Shown here: one piece after another, positions 19,817 to 30,638 of the stretch
Layout of the letters: each line of letters begins with the position of its first letter
How positions within the stretch are numbered: position 1 is the stretch's first letter
Source of the DNA: Ascoidea asiatica JCM 7603
Lineage: Eukaryota; Fungi; Ascomycota
Reading direction: 5' to 3'
Assembly: GCA_001600695.1 (NCBI GenBank)
Contig: BCKQ01000003.1
Span: forward strand, 415,849 to 479,848
DNA length: 64,000 bases
Translations under genes and position numbers: made by a program
Notes under the pieces: generated by a model
Told to the model about the DNA's origin: nothing
Databases searched by the model: none
What the model saw: only the letters and a program-made list of their open reading frames with translations

Positions 19817-22336
19817 ATGAGATCCTTGAAGAGAGGAAGTCCTGATGGTTTCGCGTTTATGGAGACTAGAGAGCTTCATCATTCAAAAACCAGATATCAG
19901 ACCCAAAATATTAAAATGATTTCGAATGGCAAATTATTCAAAGCGTCAGCAAAAGAATTAATTAAATTTATTAATAATGCTAAAAAAAGAAGGTTGATGA
20001 TTAATTTGGAGCCTATTGATGAAGATATCTTATTGGAAGATAATTTATGGCAAAATTCAGATGATGAAGAAGAAATTTATTTGAGGTTGAAACATATTTT
20101 GACTCCAAGAAGAAATCAGAAGGATGTTGTTTATGATCAAAAGAAATTATTTGATTCTTCCAATTATAGGGCACACCAAGAACCAAAAGTTATTCTTTCG
20201 AAAAATAAAGTAGTAAAAATTCCAATAAGGCTGAAGCCTAATACATCTTCAACGCCCCTATCCAAACATTCAAAGTCTGTATCATCATCTAGTAAAAAGC
20301 TGAAGATTACCTTATCAACAAAAACGGATAATGGTAATAAAAGTTTGAAACCCATTACAAGCCATGAGAAAGAATTAAAAGCAAATGATCATGATGATAA
20401 GATTGAAGACTATGAAACAACCAGAAAAAGATTAGAGGCAGTTGAAAAATCAAATATGGAAAGACTGAAAAGAGCCACCAAAAGAAGAAGGTTGTCATCG
20501 AATCCAATTCCACCTGATACTGAAGGGATAATAACCGAACTTCTTGATTCAGAAGCTTCTCCTACTAAACCAATATCATCTACAAGAAAAAAAAAAGAAA
20601 AAAAAGTAAAATTATTAGCTAATTCCCAAGTCGATCAAATCATCAAACCAACTATAAGGATGTCAAAGAGAATCAGTTTATCAAAAAAAAAACATGAAAT
20701 CAACAAAGCTCCAATTATGACTATCAAAGAACGAGAAACGTTTTTAGAAAATATATATCAGAGAGTTTCTAAGCTAGTGGAAGAGAATGAAATTTTAGAA
20801 GATGCTGAAGCAGAAAAAAAAAGGTTAAGTTTACCAACTGGAGGAGGCAGAATTTATTATGGTAAGCCAATATATAGAAAAGATATATTTTATGATTTAT
20901 TGAATGCTATCTTTTCAAATGATCAAAAGGTTTTTACAAATTATTTTGAACCAGACTCTCCTATTAAATTAACGTTTTTTGATTTATATACTTTATCTCT
21001 TACTAATTGTTCAAAATGTCCTTTATATATTAAAGAAATAATTAAAGAAGATAGAAATATAGGTATGATGTTTGCAATGATTAATTTATTAGTAAATACA
21101 GGACTTTTAACTACAACAATAACTTTCAATCCTAAATCTCAGAATCTAAGAAGATTTTACAGGCCAATTCCTGTTTTTCAAGCTGGTGAAATTACTGAAA
21201 ATCAATCAAGATGCTTGTTTGAAACTAAAAGGAATAAGAGTTTTTTGATTACAATATATAAAAAAAATGAACCGAAAAATTTCAGAGAATATTTTGAAAT
21301 AGTTAAAAAAAAAGTTAATTCTTTTCCAAATGTGAATCCAATTGCAATGCTTTTTCTTTTCAAAGATCAAAGTGAAGATTGGATCAAATATTGTTTTTCA
21401 TCATTGATTCTAAAAGGTTCAAAGGAAGAAACTTTAAAATCCACTTCTACAAAACTTAAAAAAAGATCAAGTTTATCGAAATCAACTGACGTTCCCTCGG
21501 TAAATTCAAATATTGAAAATGATAAATTTTCGTATAATATTTTAAAAGATTCGATTAATGCTCCATTTAGATCTATTTTTTTTGCTAGAGAAAAAACGCC
21601 TTCAAGTAGAGCTAAAAGATTTTTATGGATTATGTACTCATTTTTAGAAACTAATTTAACACCAACAGAATTAGAATCAAATCCTTTCAAAGATAGGGGA
21701 AGCATTTCATTTCCAAAATATCGTAATATTGTTAGTGGAAAAGAATATGATATAGATACACCTGAAGAAATTGAATTTGGTAATACTAGGCAAAAAGTGA
21801 GAGAATCCATACAAAAAGTGAGCGAGCAAGAAGAAAAAATAAGAAACAAGTGTTCATTATATAATATGAAAGATCAAAGTACTAAAAATAATACTGAAAA
21901 AAATGAAAATGAAAAAAAAAAGTTTCTGAAATCATCTGAAGAATCAAAAGTCAAATCTCTGAGAATTGAATTAGAAGTGGTTAAACTAAAAGACACAAAT
22001 TCAATGGATAATAAATCAATGGATAATAAATCTGTGATACTGTTTCATAACGTAAAGCATCCTAATAAACGTAAGCTAAAAAAGATAAAAAATAAAAAAT
22101 ATAAGTTTGAAGTATCAACTAAATTACCATTAAAACCTAGAATCAACTTGTCGAATAGTCTAGAAAAATTAGATTACGTTGGTCCATCTAACCTTAGAGT
22201 TGTGGGTTATTATAAAGAGAATAAATTATCTGAAAAATTATGGATGGAAGATAAAGAAAAGGAAATAAGCGTTGCTTCTAATAAGATTTATAAGCCTTTA
22301 AAACTTAAAGTTCCCAAATTGAATAAAAAAACTTAG
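19817..22336 (+). CDS. IES1: Ino80 complex subunit Ies1-like protein (divergent)
   Basis: GKPIYRKDIFYDLL..IF, TFFDLY, FAMINLLVNTG, RAKRFLWIMYSFLETN, NPF, DIDTPEEIEFG match Ies1 family motifs in order. Confidence 0.75.
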   Translation: MRSLKRGSPDGFAFMETRELHHSKTRYQTQNIKMISNGKLFKASAKELIKFINNAKKRRLMINLEPIDEDILLEDNLWQNSDDEEEIYLRLKHILTPRRNQKDVVYDQKKLFDSSNYRAHQEPKVILSKNKVVKIPIRLKPNTSSTPLSKHSKSVSSSSKKLKITLSTKTDNGNKSLKPITSHEKELKANDHDDKIEDYETTRKRLEAVEKSNMERLKRATKRRRLSSNPIPPDTEGIITELLDSEASPTKPISSTRKKKEKKVKLLANSQVDQIIKPTIRMSKRISLSKKKHEINKAPIMTIKERETFLENIYQRVSKLVEENEILEDAEAEKKRLSLPTGGGRIYYGKPIYRKDIFYDLLNAIFSNDQKVFTNYFEPDSPIKLTFFDLYTLSLTNCSKCPLYIKEIIKEDRNIGMMFAMINLLVNTGLLTTTITFNPKSQNLRRFYRPIPVFQAGEITENQSRCLFETKRNKSFLITIYKKNEPKNFREYFEIVKKKVNSFPNVNPIAMLFLFKDQSEDWIKYCFSSLILKGSKEETLKSTSTKLKKRSSLSKSTDVPSVNSNIENDKFSYNILKDSINAPFRSIFFAREKTPSSRAKRFLWIMYSFLETNLTPTELESNPFKDRGSISFPKYRNIVSGKEYDIDTPEEIEFGNTRQKVRESIQKVSEQEEKIRNKCSLYNMKDQSTKNNTEKNENEKKKFLKSSEESKVKSLRIELEVVKLKDTNSMDNKSMDNKSVILFHNVKHPNKRKLKKIKNKKYKFEVSTKLPLKPRINLSNSLEKLDYVGPSNLRVVGYYKENKLSEKLWMEDKEKEISVASNKIYKPLKLKVPKLNKKT

Positions 22337-23110
22337 ATACTAGGAATATAATCTGCCATCTGAAATAAAAAGAAAACTTTTACATATATCATTACTTTCT
22401 TTCATCTTCTTTTATTTCTATATTTACTTATATCTCTTAATTTTTTTTTCATTTGTATTTTTCAAAGAGAATTGTTTTTTTTCAAATTTCGATTTCAATT
22501 ATTTTGATCCTTAGCATTTTATTATTTTGATCTTGTAACTTTATTCTGGATTTTTTAGCGTCTTATAATTCTCTCTTATTCTTTTATTTTTTTACTTTTC
22601 CTTCTACTTTTCTCTTACAATTCTTTCATAATTTTTTATAATTTTTTGTAAATTTTTGTAAATTTTTGTAATTTCGAATGTATTTTTAATAAAAATTGAA
22701 TTTTTCGAAATGAATTTGTTGGAGACCAGTTTTGCGGATGTTCTGTTTCTGTGTTTGAAACGCGTAATTTTTTATTTTTTAATTTTTCAGTTGTTTTTAG
22801 TGTATTTTTTTTTAGTCTTTTACAATTGATTTGGTTTTGTTTGACTACGATTTTAAAAAAGATTTATTTTTGAAATATGATTGATTTAATGAAGTATATG
22901 ACAAATTTAACAAGATAAAAAGGAATAAATAAGAAAGAAAGATAAAAAGAAAAACCGATATACAGTTTATATATATATATATATATGTACCAAATTAGAT
23001 ATAAAATATAAAAAAATTAGAAGATTAGAATATTGAATTATAAAAACTTTTAGGTTGAGATGAAAAAAAAAAATGAAAGAAAATTAAAAAAAAGAAGTAA
23101 ATGAAATAAA

Positions 23111-24712
23111 TTAATAAGTTGGACCAGCTTTAATAACTTCTGGAGTACATTCATCGGAATAAATTTTGAAATTTTCATCAAATAATTTAGCTAAAGAAGT
23201 TAAATTATTTTTATAAGAAGATTGAGAAGTTGTAAATTTGAAAGGATTTAATAATTCTTTTGGTACTGAAGAACAATTTTTTGGAACTTGTAAATTAAAA
23301 ACAGGAAAGTTTTCAAATTCTTCATTTGCTAAAGAACCATTATGAATTGCATCTAAAATAGCTCTTGTATGTTTTAAAGGACATCTTTTACCACCTTTTG
23401 CAATAGAAGCACCAATCCAACCAGTATTTAATAACCAAGCATTAGTTTTATGTTGAGACATTTTTTCAGATAACATTTTAGCATATTTCATTGGATGTAA
23501 AGCTAAAAATGGTTGACCAAAACATGAAGAAAAAGTTGCTTGAGGTTCAGTTACACCTTGTTCAGTACCAGCCATTTTTGAAGTATAACCAGAAATAAAA
23601 TGATACATAACTTGTTCAATTGATAATTTTGAAATTGGAGGTAAACAACCTCTTGCATCACAAGTTAAAAGAATTATATTTGAAGGATGTTTATCAGCTA
23701 AACATGGGATTTTTGCAGTTGGAATATATTCAATTGGATAAGCACATCTTGTATTTTGAGTTACAGTTATATCATCATAATCCACCATTCTATTTAAAGG
23801 ATTATAAACAACATTTTCTAAAATTGAACCAAATTTAATTGCATTAAAAATTTCAGGTTCTTTTTCATCACTTAAACCAACACATTTTGCATAACAACCA
23901 CCTTCAATATTAAAAACACCATTATCAGACCAACAATGTTCATCATCACCAATTAATAATCTATTTGGATCAGCAGATAAAGTTGTTTTACCAGTACCAG
24001 ATAAACCAAAAAATAAAGTAACATCATTATTTTGAATACCTTGATTTGCAGAAGAATGTAAAGTTAAAATATTATAATTTACTGGCATTAAATAAAACAT
24101 TACAGTGAAAATTCCCTTTTTCATTTCACCAGCATATTCAGTACCTAAAATTACCATTTCCATTGATTTAAAATTAATTTCAACAGAAGTTGAAGAAGTC
24201 ATACCATCAGTAAAAGAATTTGCAGGAAATTGACCAGCATTATAAATTGTAAAATCAGGTTTAAAATCTTTTAATTCATCTTCAGTTGGTTTTATTAACA
24301 TATTTCTCATAAATAAAGCATGATAAGCTCTTGCACAAATAATTCTAATTTTTAATCTATATTTTGGATCCCAACCTGCAAAAGCATCAACAACAAATAA
24401 TTTTTCTCTTGTTTTTAAATAATCTAAAGATCTTGATTTTGAAATATTCCAAGTTCTTTCACTAACTTTTTTATTTACTGGACCCCACCAAATATTTTTA
24501 TTTGAAGAAATTTCATCAACAATTCTTTTATCTTTTGGAGATCTACCAGTTTTATCACCAGAAAAAGCCATTAAAGCACCAGTTGAAGAAATACAAGTAC
24601 CTTTTTCTTTTAAACCATCTTCATATAAAATTGGAATTGGAGAATTATGACGAATTATAGTTTCTTTAGATAAACCTAAAGTTTGTTTAAAATTTGATTC
24701 AAATGTAGACAT
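23111..24712 (-). CDS. PCK1: Phosphoenolpyruvate carboxykinase (ATP)
   Basis: TGRSPKDKR, YAGEMKK, FFGLSGTGKTTLS, IGDDEHCW, NIEGGCYAK. Confidence 0.99.
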   Translation of the reverse strand: MSTFESNFKQTLGLSKETIIRHNSPIPILYEDGLKEKGTCISSTGALMAFSGDKTGRSPKDKRIVDEISSNKNIWWGPVNKKVSERTWNISKSRSLDYLKTREKLFVVDAFAGWDPKYRLKIRIICARAYHALFMRNMLIKPTEDELKDFKPDFTIYNAGQFPANSFTDGMTSSTSVEINFKSMEMVILGTEYAGEMKKGIFTVMFYLMPVNYNILTLHSSANQGIQNNDVTLFFGLSGTGKTTLSADPNRLLIGDDEHCWSDNGVFNIEGGCYAKCVGLSDEKEPEIFNAIKFGSILENVVYNPLNRMVDYDDITVTQNTRCAYPIEYIPTAKIPCLADKHPSNIILLTCDARGCLPPISKLSIEQVMYHFISGYTSKMAGTEQGVTEPQATFSSCFGQPFLALHPMKYAKMLSEKMSQHKTNAWLLNTGWIGASIAKGGKRCPLKHTRAILDAIHNGSLANEEFENFPVFNLQVPKNCSSVPKELLNPFKFTTSQSSYKNNLTSLAKLFDENFKIYSDECTPEVIKAGPTY

Positions 24713-24883
24713 TTTTAATTATATAATAATTTTAGTTAATAATGATTAGATAAATAATATAAGTAATTTAGTTATAATATAATATAATATAATATAATAT
24801 AATATAATATAATATATAATAATAATAATAATAGTATTAGAAGATAATAGAAGAATTAAAATTAAAATTAAAATTAAATTTGT

Positions 24884-24894
24884 AAAATCCGGGG
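24884..24894. promoter_or_regulatory. Mig1/CreA-type glucose-repression site in the PCK1 promoter
   Basis: AT-rich AAAAT followed by CCGGGG (SYGGGG consensus) about 180 bp upstream of the PCK1 ATG. Confidence 0.45.
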
Positions 24895-25149
24895 AAAATA
24901 TAAAGATATTTATATCAAATATTCGTTTATGAATAAAAAAATTTAAAACAAATAAAATAATAAAATTCAATTCTTTTAATTGAATTAATTGAATTAAAAG
25001 ATTTAATTGGAAATAAGAAAATTATTTGAAATTTTACTTACAAATCGAGATAAAAAAAAAAAAAAAAAAAAAAAAAGGTTATAATCTATAAAATTTAGTA
25101 GAAAAGAAATAGATTTGATACAAAAAGATAAGAATTCATCGAGAATTTA

Positions 25150-26050
25150 TTGTGGATTACGGTTGAATGTGGCTGAAAATAATGTTGGAAGATAGAAAAG
25201 ATCTCGAGAATTCGCTTCTTGGACTGGTCAAGGAAACCATACATACTATTTAGTATGAGCAAAAAAAAGAAGCAGTCCATGGATTTGAGGGCGAGTTCAG
25301 ATATAGTCAGAAGTAGAAAAGACTCCCACAAAAGCGCAATAAACGCAGGAAGAAAAGCTGGCACATAGTTAATCAGGCAGAGTGACACTGAGTCATGCAA
25401 GTCATGCATGAGGAAGCTATTTAGTATGAAGGCAGGAAGTGGTCAACAGCCCCGGAAGAGGGTCTTCGATCTCTCATCGCCCGAAAAGGAACTTTTTGTG
25501 GGGAGCGCTGGGCAATGGAAGCAGAAATTACGGGACAGACCTGTCAAAAGAAGGTGCAAAAAGCAACGGGGCCAGGAAATTGTGGGACCCCTCGATAGGA
25601 CAACTTCGGAAGAGGAGCAGGAACATCGGGTTCGTCGGGTTCGTCGGGCACAAACATCGCGTTTGAAATTGTTTGAGATTGTTTGAGATTGGTACTTTGA
25701 GCGACGAGTTCCGGTCGCCGCAGTTGCTTCTTCGGTGCTCGAGCAGAAAAAGAGAGTACAGCCTGTATAGAATCAGGTTTCTTGAACTTCCGAGCATAAT
25801 GTCTCCTTGGTGGAGAGCCAGCCAATAGGGTGCGAGAATTGTATAACTGAAAGCCGGGACATGAACGCGCTCGACGCCCGACCTTGCCACCATGACTCAA
25901 CCCCATTCCGGGATGATTCAATGTAATCCGGAATGACTCAACCCGTTAAGAAAAGTCCGAGGCCAGTTTTTCCAATTTCCGTGAGTCTTTGACAAGGAAA
26001 GCTCGTAGCTGCTTACGTAACAGCGGAACCGCTACGAGTTTTTACGAATC
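25150..26050. promoter_or_regulatory. GC-rich upstream regulatory island of the PCK1/MRX11 divergent promoter with three Gcn4/AP-1-type TGACTCA sites
   Basis: TGAGTCA at 25389-25395, TGACTCA at 25893-25899 and 25934-25940, many CGG/CCG triplets; overlapping short ORFs have no recognisable homology. Confidence 0.55.
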
Positions 26051-26561
26051 TTTGCCAATTAATCAGTTTACGTGTCTGTGATATTAAATAATTTGAAAAA
26101 AGTATCAGAAGACAATTTTCTCCATCGAATCAATTTCTTGTCACTCCTTTTTAGATAATTGGTATAGACATTATTTTCACCCCAAATTTCAAACCCATAC
26201 AATTGGTTTCAAACTTAGTAGTACCCCAACTATGGACTCCATTTTTTTTTTTTTTTTTTGGTTTGCACCGTCGGGAAACTTTTTCCGGATGCGGAATAAA
26301 ACAAAACAAAAAGCGAATTGTGGCTGTGTGTGGCTGTGTGTGGCTAGTTGTTAGTCTTAATAAAATCTTTGTGGAAAACAGCGCTGGAAACGACGAAAAT
26401 CTCCAAAATTTCCAAAATTTCGTATTTCTTTCTAATTTTATTTGCTAAAATTCATGTTTGCTCAAATTTCAATCTTCAATATCTTCAATATCTTTATTAT
26501 ATCTTTATTCATCGTATCTGAACGTTAGAAATCTGAAGTCAAGTGAAACATTTTCAATATC

Positions 26562-26592
<31 letters not shown>

Positions 26593-26746
26593 GATAATAA
26601 CTACAATTGTAATCAAATGAAAATAATAATAAGAATAGTAACTAGTTTATAATTTACTTTATAAATTAATCAAAATCTTCAAAATTTTAATCATTTTACA
26701 ATATTCATTTCAAATATACTATAATAATAATATATAAATAATAATA

Positions 26747-27445
26747 ATGTTTTTAACAAGGATAAATAAATTTTCAAAAATTAATTATTTAAATAATAAT
26801 ATTAATAAATTATTAATAAATTCTATTATAAATTCAAGAAAAAGAATAAGAATTAAAAGATCTTTATCATCAAATAATTTAAATAATTTAAATATAACAA
26901 ATATAAAGATAAATAAAATTTCAAATAAATTACCAAAATTTTTAAAAAATTATTATAATTTAAAATTTTTAAATACACCAATATCTTATATTACTTCATT
27001 TTTAATATTACATGAATTAACAGCTTTAATACCATTATTTTCAATATGGTATTATTTTATAAATTATGATATTTTACCAATTGATTTTATTCCAAATCAA
27101 TTAATTAATCTTCTAGGTAATAATAATAATAACTTTATAAGTAACTTTATAAATATTGATAATTTATATGATTCATGTAATAATTTTATAAATTCATTAT
27201 TAAATTCAAATACATTTAAATATTTAAATATTAATAATAATTTAAATTCAAAAATTTTAATTCAAGGTATTAATTCATATGCAATTATTAAATTATTATT
27301 ACCTTTAAGATGTTATATTTCAATAATCTTAACACCATTTTTTGCAAATTATTTATTAATTCCATTTAATAATTTATTTAAAAATTCTTTTAAAATTTTA
27401 TTTAAATTTTTATTTAAAAGAAATCATCAAAAAGTTATTATATAA
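26747..27445 (+). CDS. MRX11: Mitochondrial FLILHELTA-family protein
   Basis: Literal SFLILHELTA motif; SYAIIKLLLPLR..ISIILTPFFA. Confidence 0.9.
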   Translation: MFLTRINKFSKINYLNNNINKLLINSIINSRKRIRIKRSLSSNNLNNLNITNIKINKISNKLPKFLKNYYNLKFLNTPISYITSFLILHELTALIPLFSIWYYFINYDILPIDFIPNQLINLLGNNNNNFISNFINIDNLYDSCNNFINSLLNSNTFKYLNINNNLNSKILIQGINSYAIIKLLLPLRCYISIILTPFFANYLLIPFNNLFKNSFKILFKFLFKRNHQKVII

Positions 27446-27707
27446 AAACATTTATTAATACATGTATGTATATATATACGTTTAGATTCCTTCTTTCTTC
27501 TCTCTCCTCTTTCTTTTCTCTTTTCTGTCTTTTTATTAGTTCAAGGCGGTGCAGTCCAAATGTGAAACCAAGTGTGGCGTGTTGATACTACTAGCCACAT
27601 GCTTTATTGATTACATAATAATCCACCCATTATTACCTAACTGCTCTCGTTAAATTATCATAAATCTATAAATAAGCCCTTCCCTGAATTTAATTCAATA
27701 ACTTAAA

Positions 27708-27758
27708 TTTATTTCAATTTATTTCAATTTATTTCAATTTATTTCAATTTAGTTTCAA
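27708..27758. repeat. 10-bp tandem repeat (TTTATTTCAA), 4-5 copies
   Basis: Direct reading of atttcaattt repeated upstream of the AA9 gene. Confidence 0.8.
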
Positions 27759-28243
27759 ATAAATTCTCAGTATTCAGAATTACTAATTGATTTTTAATAA
27801 TTCAATAATAACATTTATGGGTAAATTTCATTTATTCATTAAAAAACAATTGTAAATCTTATAAATATTACAAATTTTATCAATTTTTATCAATTTCTTT
27901 ATTTCTTTTCAGGGTTTCACTTTTAATTCATTGTTTTTATATTGTATTATATTTTATTATTTTGTATTAATTAATTTATTCATATCCTTTTAATTAAAAT
28001 CATACTTCTTTATCGACTAATAAAGATTATTTAATAATTAAAAATGTTTTTAATTAAAAAAAAAATTATTATATAAACTGAGTTAAATCCAGTATTATTT
28101 TCTCTTTTTTACAAATTTACTTTTCTTTTAAATTATCTTTATTATTATTATAATAAATTAAATTAAATTAAATTAAATTACTTTTATTCATTCCTTGAAA
28201 CCCTTTATTTCTTACTTTAAAAAAACAAATTTAAAAATTTAAA

Positions 28244-29458
28244 ATGCAAATTTCTTCAACTTTAATAATCTCTTTATTAACTTGTGCTAAATATGTTTTA
28301 TCTCATGGTATTGTTCAAGATTTAAAAATTGGTGATACTTGGTGGACTGGTTCTTTACCATATACTGATCAATATGCTTCTCCAATACCTGAAAGAATTG
28401 TTTGGTCTTTTTTCACTGCTGGTAATAGTCCAATAGAAGATGTTACTTCAAATGATATAGTTTGTAATGTTGATGCAAAATCTGCTGCTTTAACTGCTTC
28501 TATAAATGCTGGTTCTGAAATTACAATGTATTGGACAACATGGCCTGATTCTCATAAAGGTCCAATAATGACATATTTAGCAGATTGTGGTGGTGATTGT
28601 TCAAATATAACTCCTTCATCATTATCTTGGTTTAAAATTGCTGAAGATGGTTATGATTCTTCAACTGAAACTTGGGCAACTACAACTTTAATTGCAAATA
28701 ATAATTCATATACTTTCACAATTCCTTCTGATATTTCTGCAGGTAATTATATATTAAGACATGAATTATTAGCTCTTCATAGTGCTGGAACTTCTGGTGG
28801 TGCTCAATTTTATCCAATGTGTGCTAATTTAGATATTACTGGTACTGGTACTGCAACTCCAAGTGGGGTTTCATTTCCTGGTGCTTATTCTGCTTCTGAT
28901 CCTGGAATTTTAGTTAATATTTATAATGGTTTAACTTCTTATACTATTCCAGGTCCAGATGTTTATGGTTCTTCATCTTCTGCAACTACCGCTGCTGCTG
29001 CTGCTGCTGCCAAATCTTCCTTCGCTTCTTCTGTTTCTTCTGTTTCTGCAGCTGTTGAATCTGAACCTGCTACTTCTGCTACTTCTGCTGCTGCAATTAC
29101 CACTAGTGCTACAAGTGCTGAAAAAGTTTCATCATCTGCAATTGATGAGTCTTATGGTACAAGTGAAGCAGAAGAAACTTCTATTGGTTCATTTACTACT
29201 GCACAAACTTTAAAAACTTTAACAGCAGCTGTAACAACTGCAACAACAACAACTCCAATTGAATCAACATCTGCTGTTGCTTCTATTGCTACTGCAGGTA
29301 CTTCAACAATGTCAATTGCTTCATCATGTTATTCAAATTCTGTTGAATTTAATAAATGTCTTGATGATGTTAATGTTTGTATTGCATCATCTCAAAAAGC
29401 TGGTGGTTATTCTGGTAGTACATGTGAAGCAAAAAGAGCTTCTTGTCAAATGTGTTAA
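28244..29458 (+). CDS. Secreted AA9 (GH61) lytic polysaccharide monooxygenase with Ser/Thr/Ala linker and six-Cys C-terminal module
   Basis: 20-aa signal peptide then His (codon 28304-28306); DIVCN, WPDSHKGP, WFKI, GNYILRHELLALHSA, GAQFYPMC, FPGAYSASDPGI, YTIPGP. Confidence 0.96.
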   Translation: MQISSTLIISLLTCAKYVLSHGIVQDLKIGDTWWTGSLPYTDQYASPIPERIVWSFFTAGNSPIEDVTSNDIVCNVDAKSAALTASINAGSEITMYWTTWPDSHKGPIMTYLADCGGDCSNITPSSLSWFKIAEDGYDSSTETWATTTLIANNNSYTFTIPSDISAGNYILRHELLALHSAGTSGGAQFYPMCANLDITGTGTATPSGVSFPGAYSASDPGILVNIYNGLTSYTIPGPDVYGSSSSATTAAAAAAAKSSFASSVSSVSAAVESEPATSATSAAAITTSATSAEKVSSSAIDESYGTSEAEETSIGSFTTAQTLKTLTAAVTTATTTTPIESTSAVASIATAGTSTMSIASSCYSNSVEFNKCLDDVNVCIASSQKAGGYSGSTCEAKRASCQMC

Positions 29459-29821
29459 ACTTACTAAATTTTTTATTTATTTTATATTCTTAAATATTTT
29501 ATATTCATAAATATTTGAACTTATTTTCTTTTTTTTAATAGTTTAATCTAAAATTATTCTTTAAAAACTAACATTGAATTGTTGTAAAAGGACCCTGAAA
29601 ATTTACAATCTAAAAAAAAAAAGAAAATTTAAAATTGAAAATAAAAAAGCATATCCACAAATTCGGTCTCCATTGTTTTTTTGGTGTTGGATGTTAATAT
29701 TCAATTGAAATTTGTTTTCTTCAGATTCAAGAAATAAAAACAGTTAAAACAATTGTAATGAAAACAATCAACAATTAAAGAAATAATAATAATAATAATT
29801 ATTGTATTTTACTCTTTTATA

Positions 29822-30442
29822 ATGGTTCTTCATAGTTTTTTAATCAAATTATTTATATTGGTATTCTATTGTCAATATGTCAAAGCAAATACAGAATCAA
29901 TTGTATTTAAAACTGAAGATAATCATATTAGTAATATAGATAGTGATGAATATGAATATGAATATGAATATAAATATGAATATGAATTAGATACAAATAT
30001 TGAAAAATTAATTTATTTAAATTCATCATATTTATCCAATACAGAATATGAAAATAATTCAATTTTAAATCATCTTAATCAAGAAATGTATATTAAATTA
30101 AATTGTGAAAATAATTATTTATATAATTTTAGAATCTCATGGCCTGCAATATATCCTATAAATATAAATTTAAAATATTTTAAAAATAATAATAATAAAA
30201 ATTTTATAAAATTAAATTATTATAGTAAATTTTATTCAAATAATTATAAAAAAATGAATAATGATTTAATTAATATTCCAATTAATTTAAAATTAATTTC
30301 AATGAATTATAAAATTTATGGAATTAAAAATTTAAAAATTCCAATACCAATTGATTTAATTAATTTAATTAAATATATTTTTTTAATTTTATTATTATCA
30401 TTTCCATTAAGTTTAATTATTTATAATAAAGTTCTAAATTAG
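29822..30442 (+). CDS. PGA1: GPI mannosyltransferase II co-activator Pga1-like protein
   Basis: Signal peptide ending KA|NTES, conserved RISWPAIYP motif, C-terminal transmembrane helix. Confidence 0.7.
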   Translation: MVLHSFLIKLFILVFYCQYVKANTESIVFKTEDNHISNIDSDEYEYEYEYKYEYELDTNIEKLIYLNSSYLSNTEYENNSILNHLNQEMYIKLNCENNYLYNFRISWPAIYPININLKYFKNNNNKNFIKLNYYSKFYSNNYKKMNNDLINIPINLKLISMNYKIYGIKNLKIPIPIDLINLIKYIFLILLLSFPLSLIIYNKVLN

Positions 30443-30638
30443 TTCCATTATGAATTTCATAATCATCTAAAGTTATCATATCTTTTAAAATTATTATATT
30501 CTTCTTTAATTGAATCTTTTCTGGTGATGTTCCAATTTGAGCTGCTAATAATTTCTTAAAATCTCCAATGGTATCATCTTCAAGACACTTCACTCTCACT
30601 TTCTTCCCCAATCTGTCATTACAAAGTACCTCAATCAT
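30417..30638 (-). CDS. HUB1: Ubiquitin-like modifier Hub1
   Basis: [18 protein letters not shown]...LELYYK, 73 aa, di-tyrosine C-terminus. Confidence 0.99.
   Translation of the reverse strand: MIEVLCNDRLGKKVRVKCLEDDTIGDFKKLLAAQIGTSPEKIQLKKNIIILKDMITLDDYEIHNGTNLELYYK

Noticed and set aside
25095-26652. Cluster of 64-125 aa ORFs on both strands upstream of PCK1
   Set aside because: By-product of locally high GC, several with non-ATG starts, no recognisable motifs; better explained as promoter DNA
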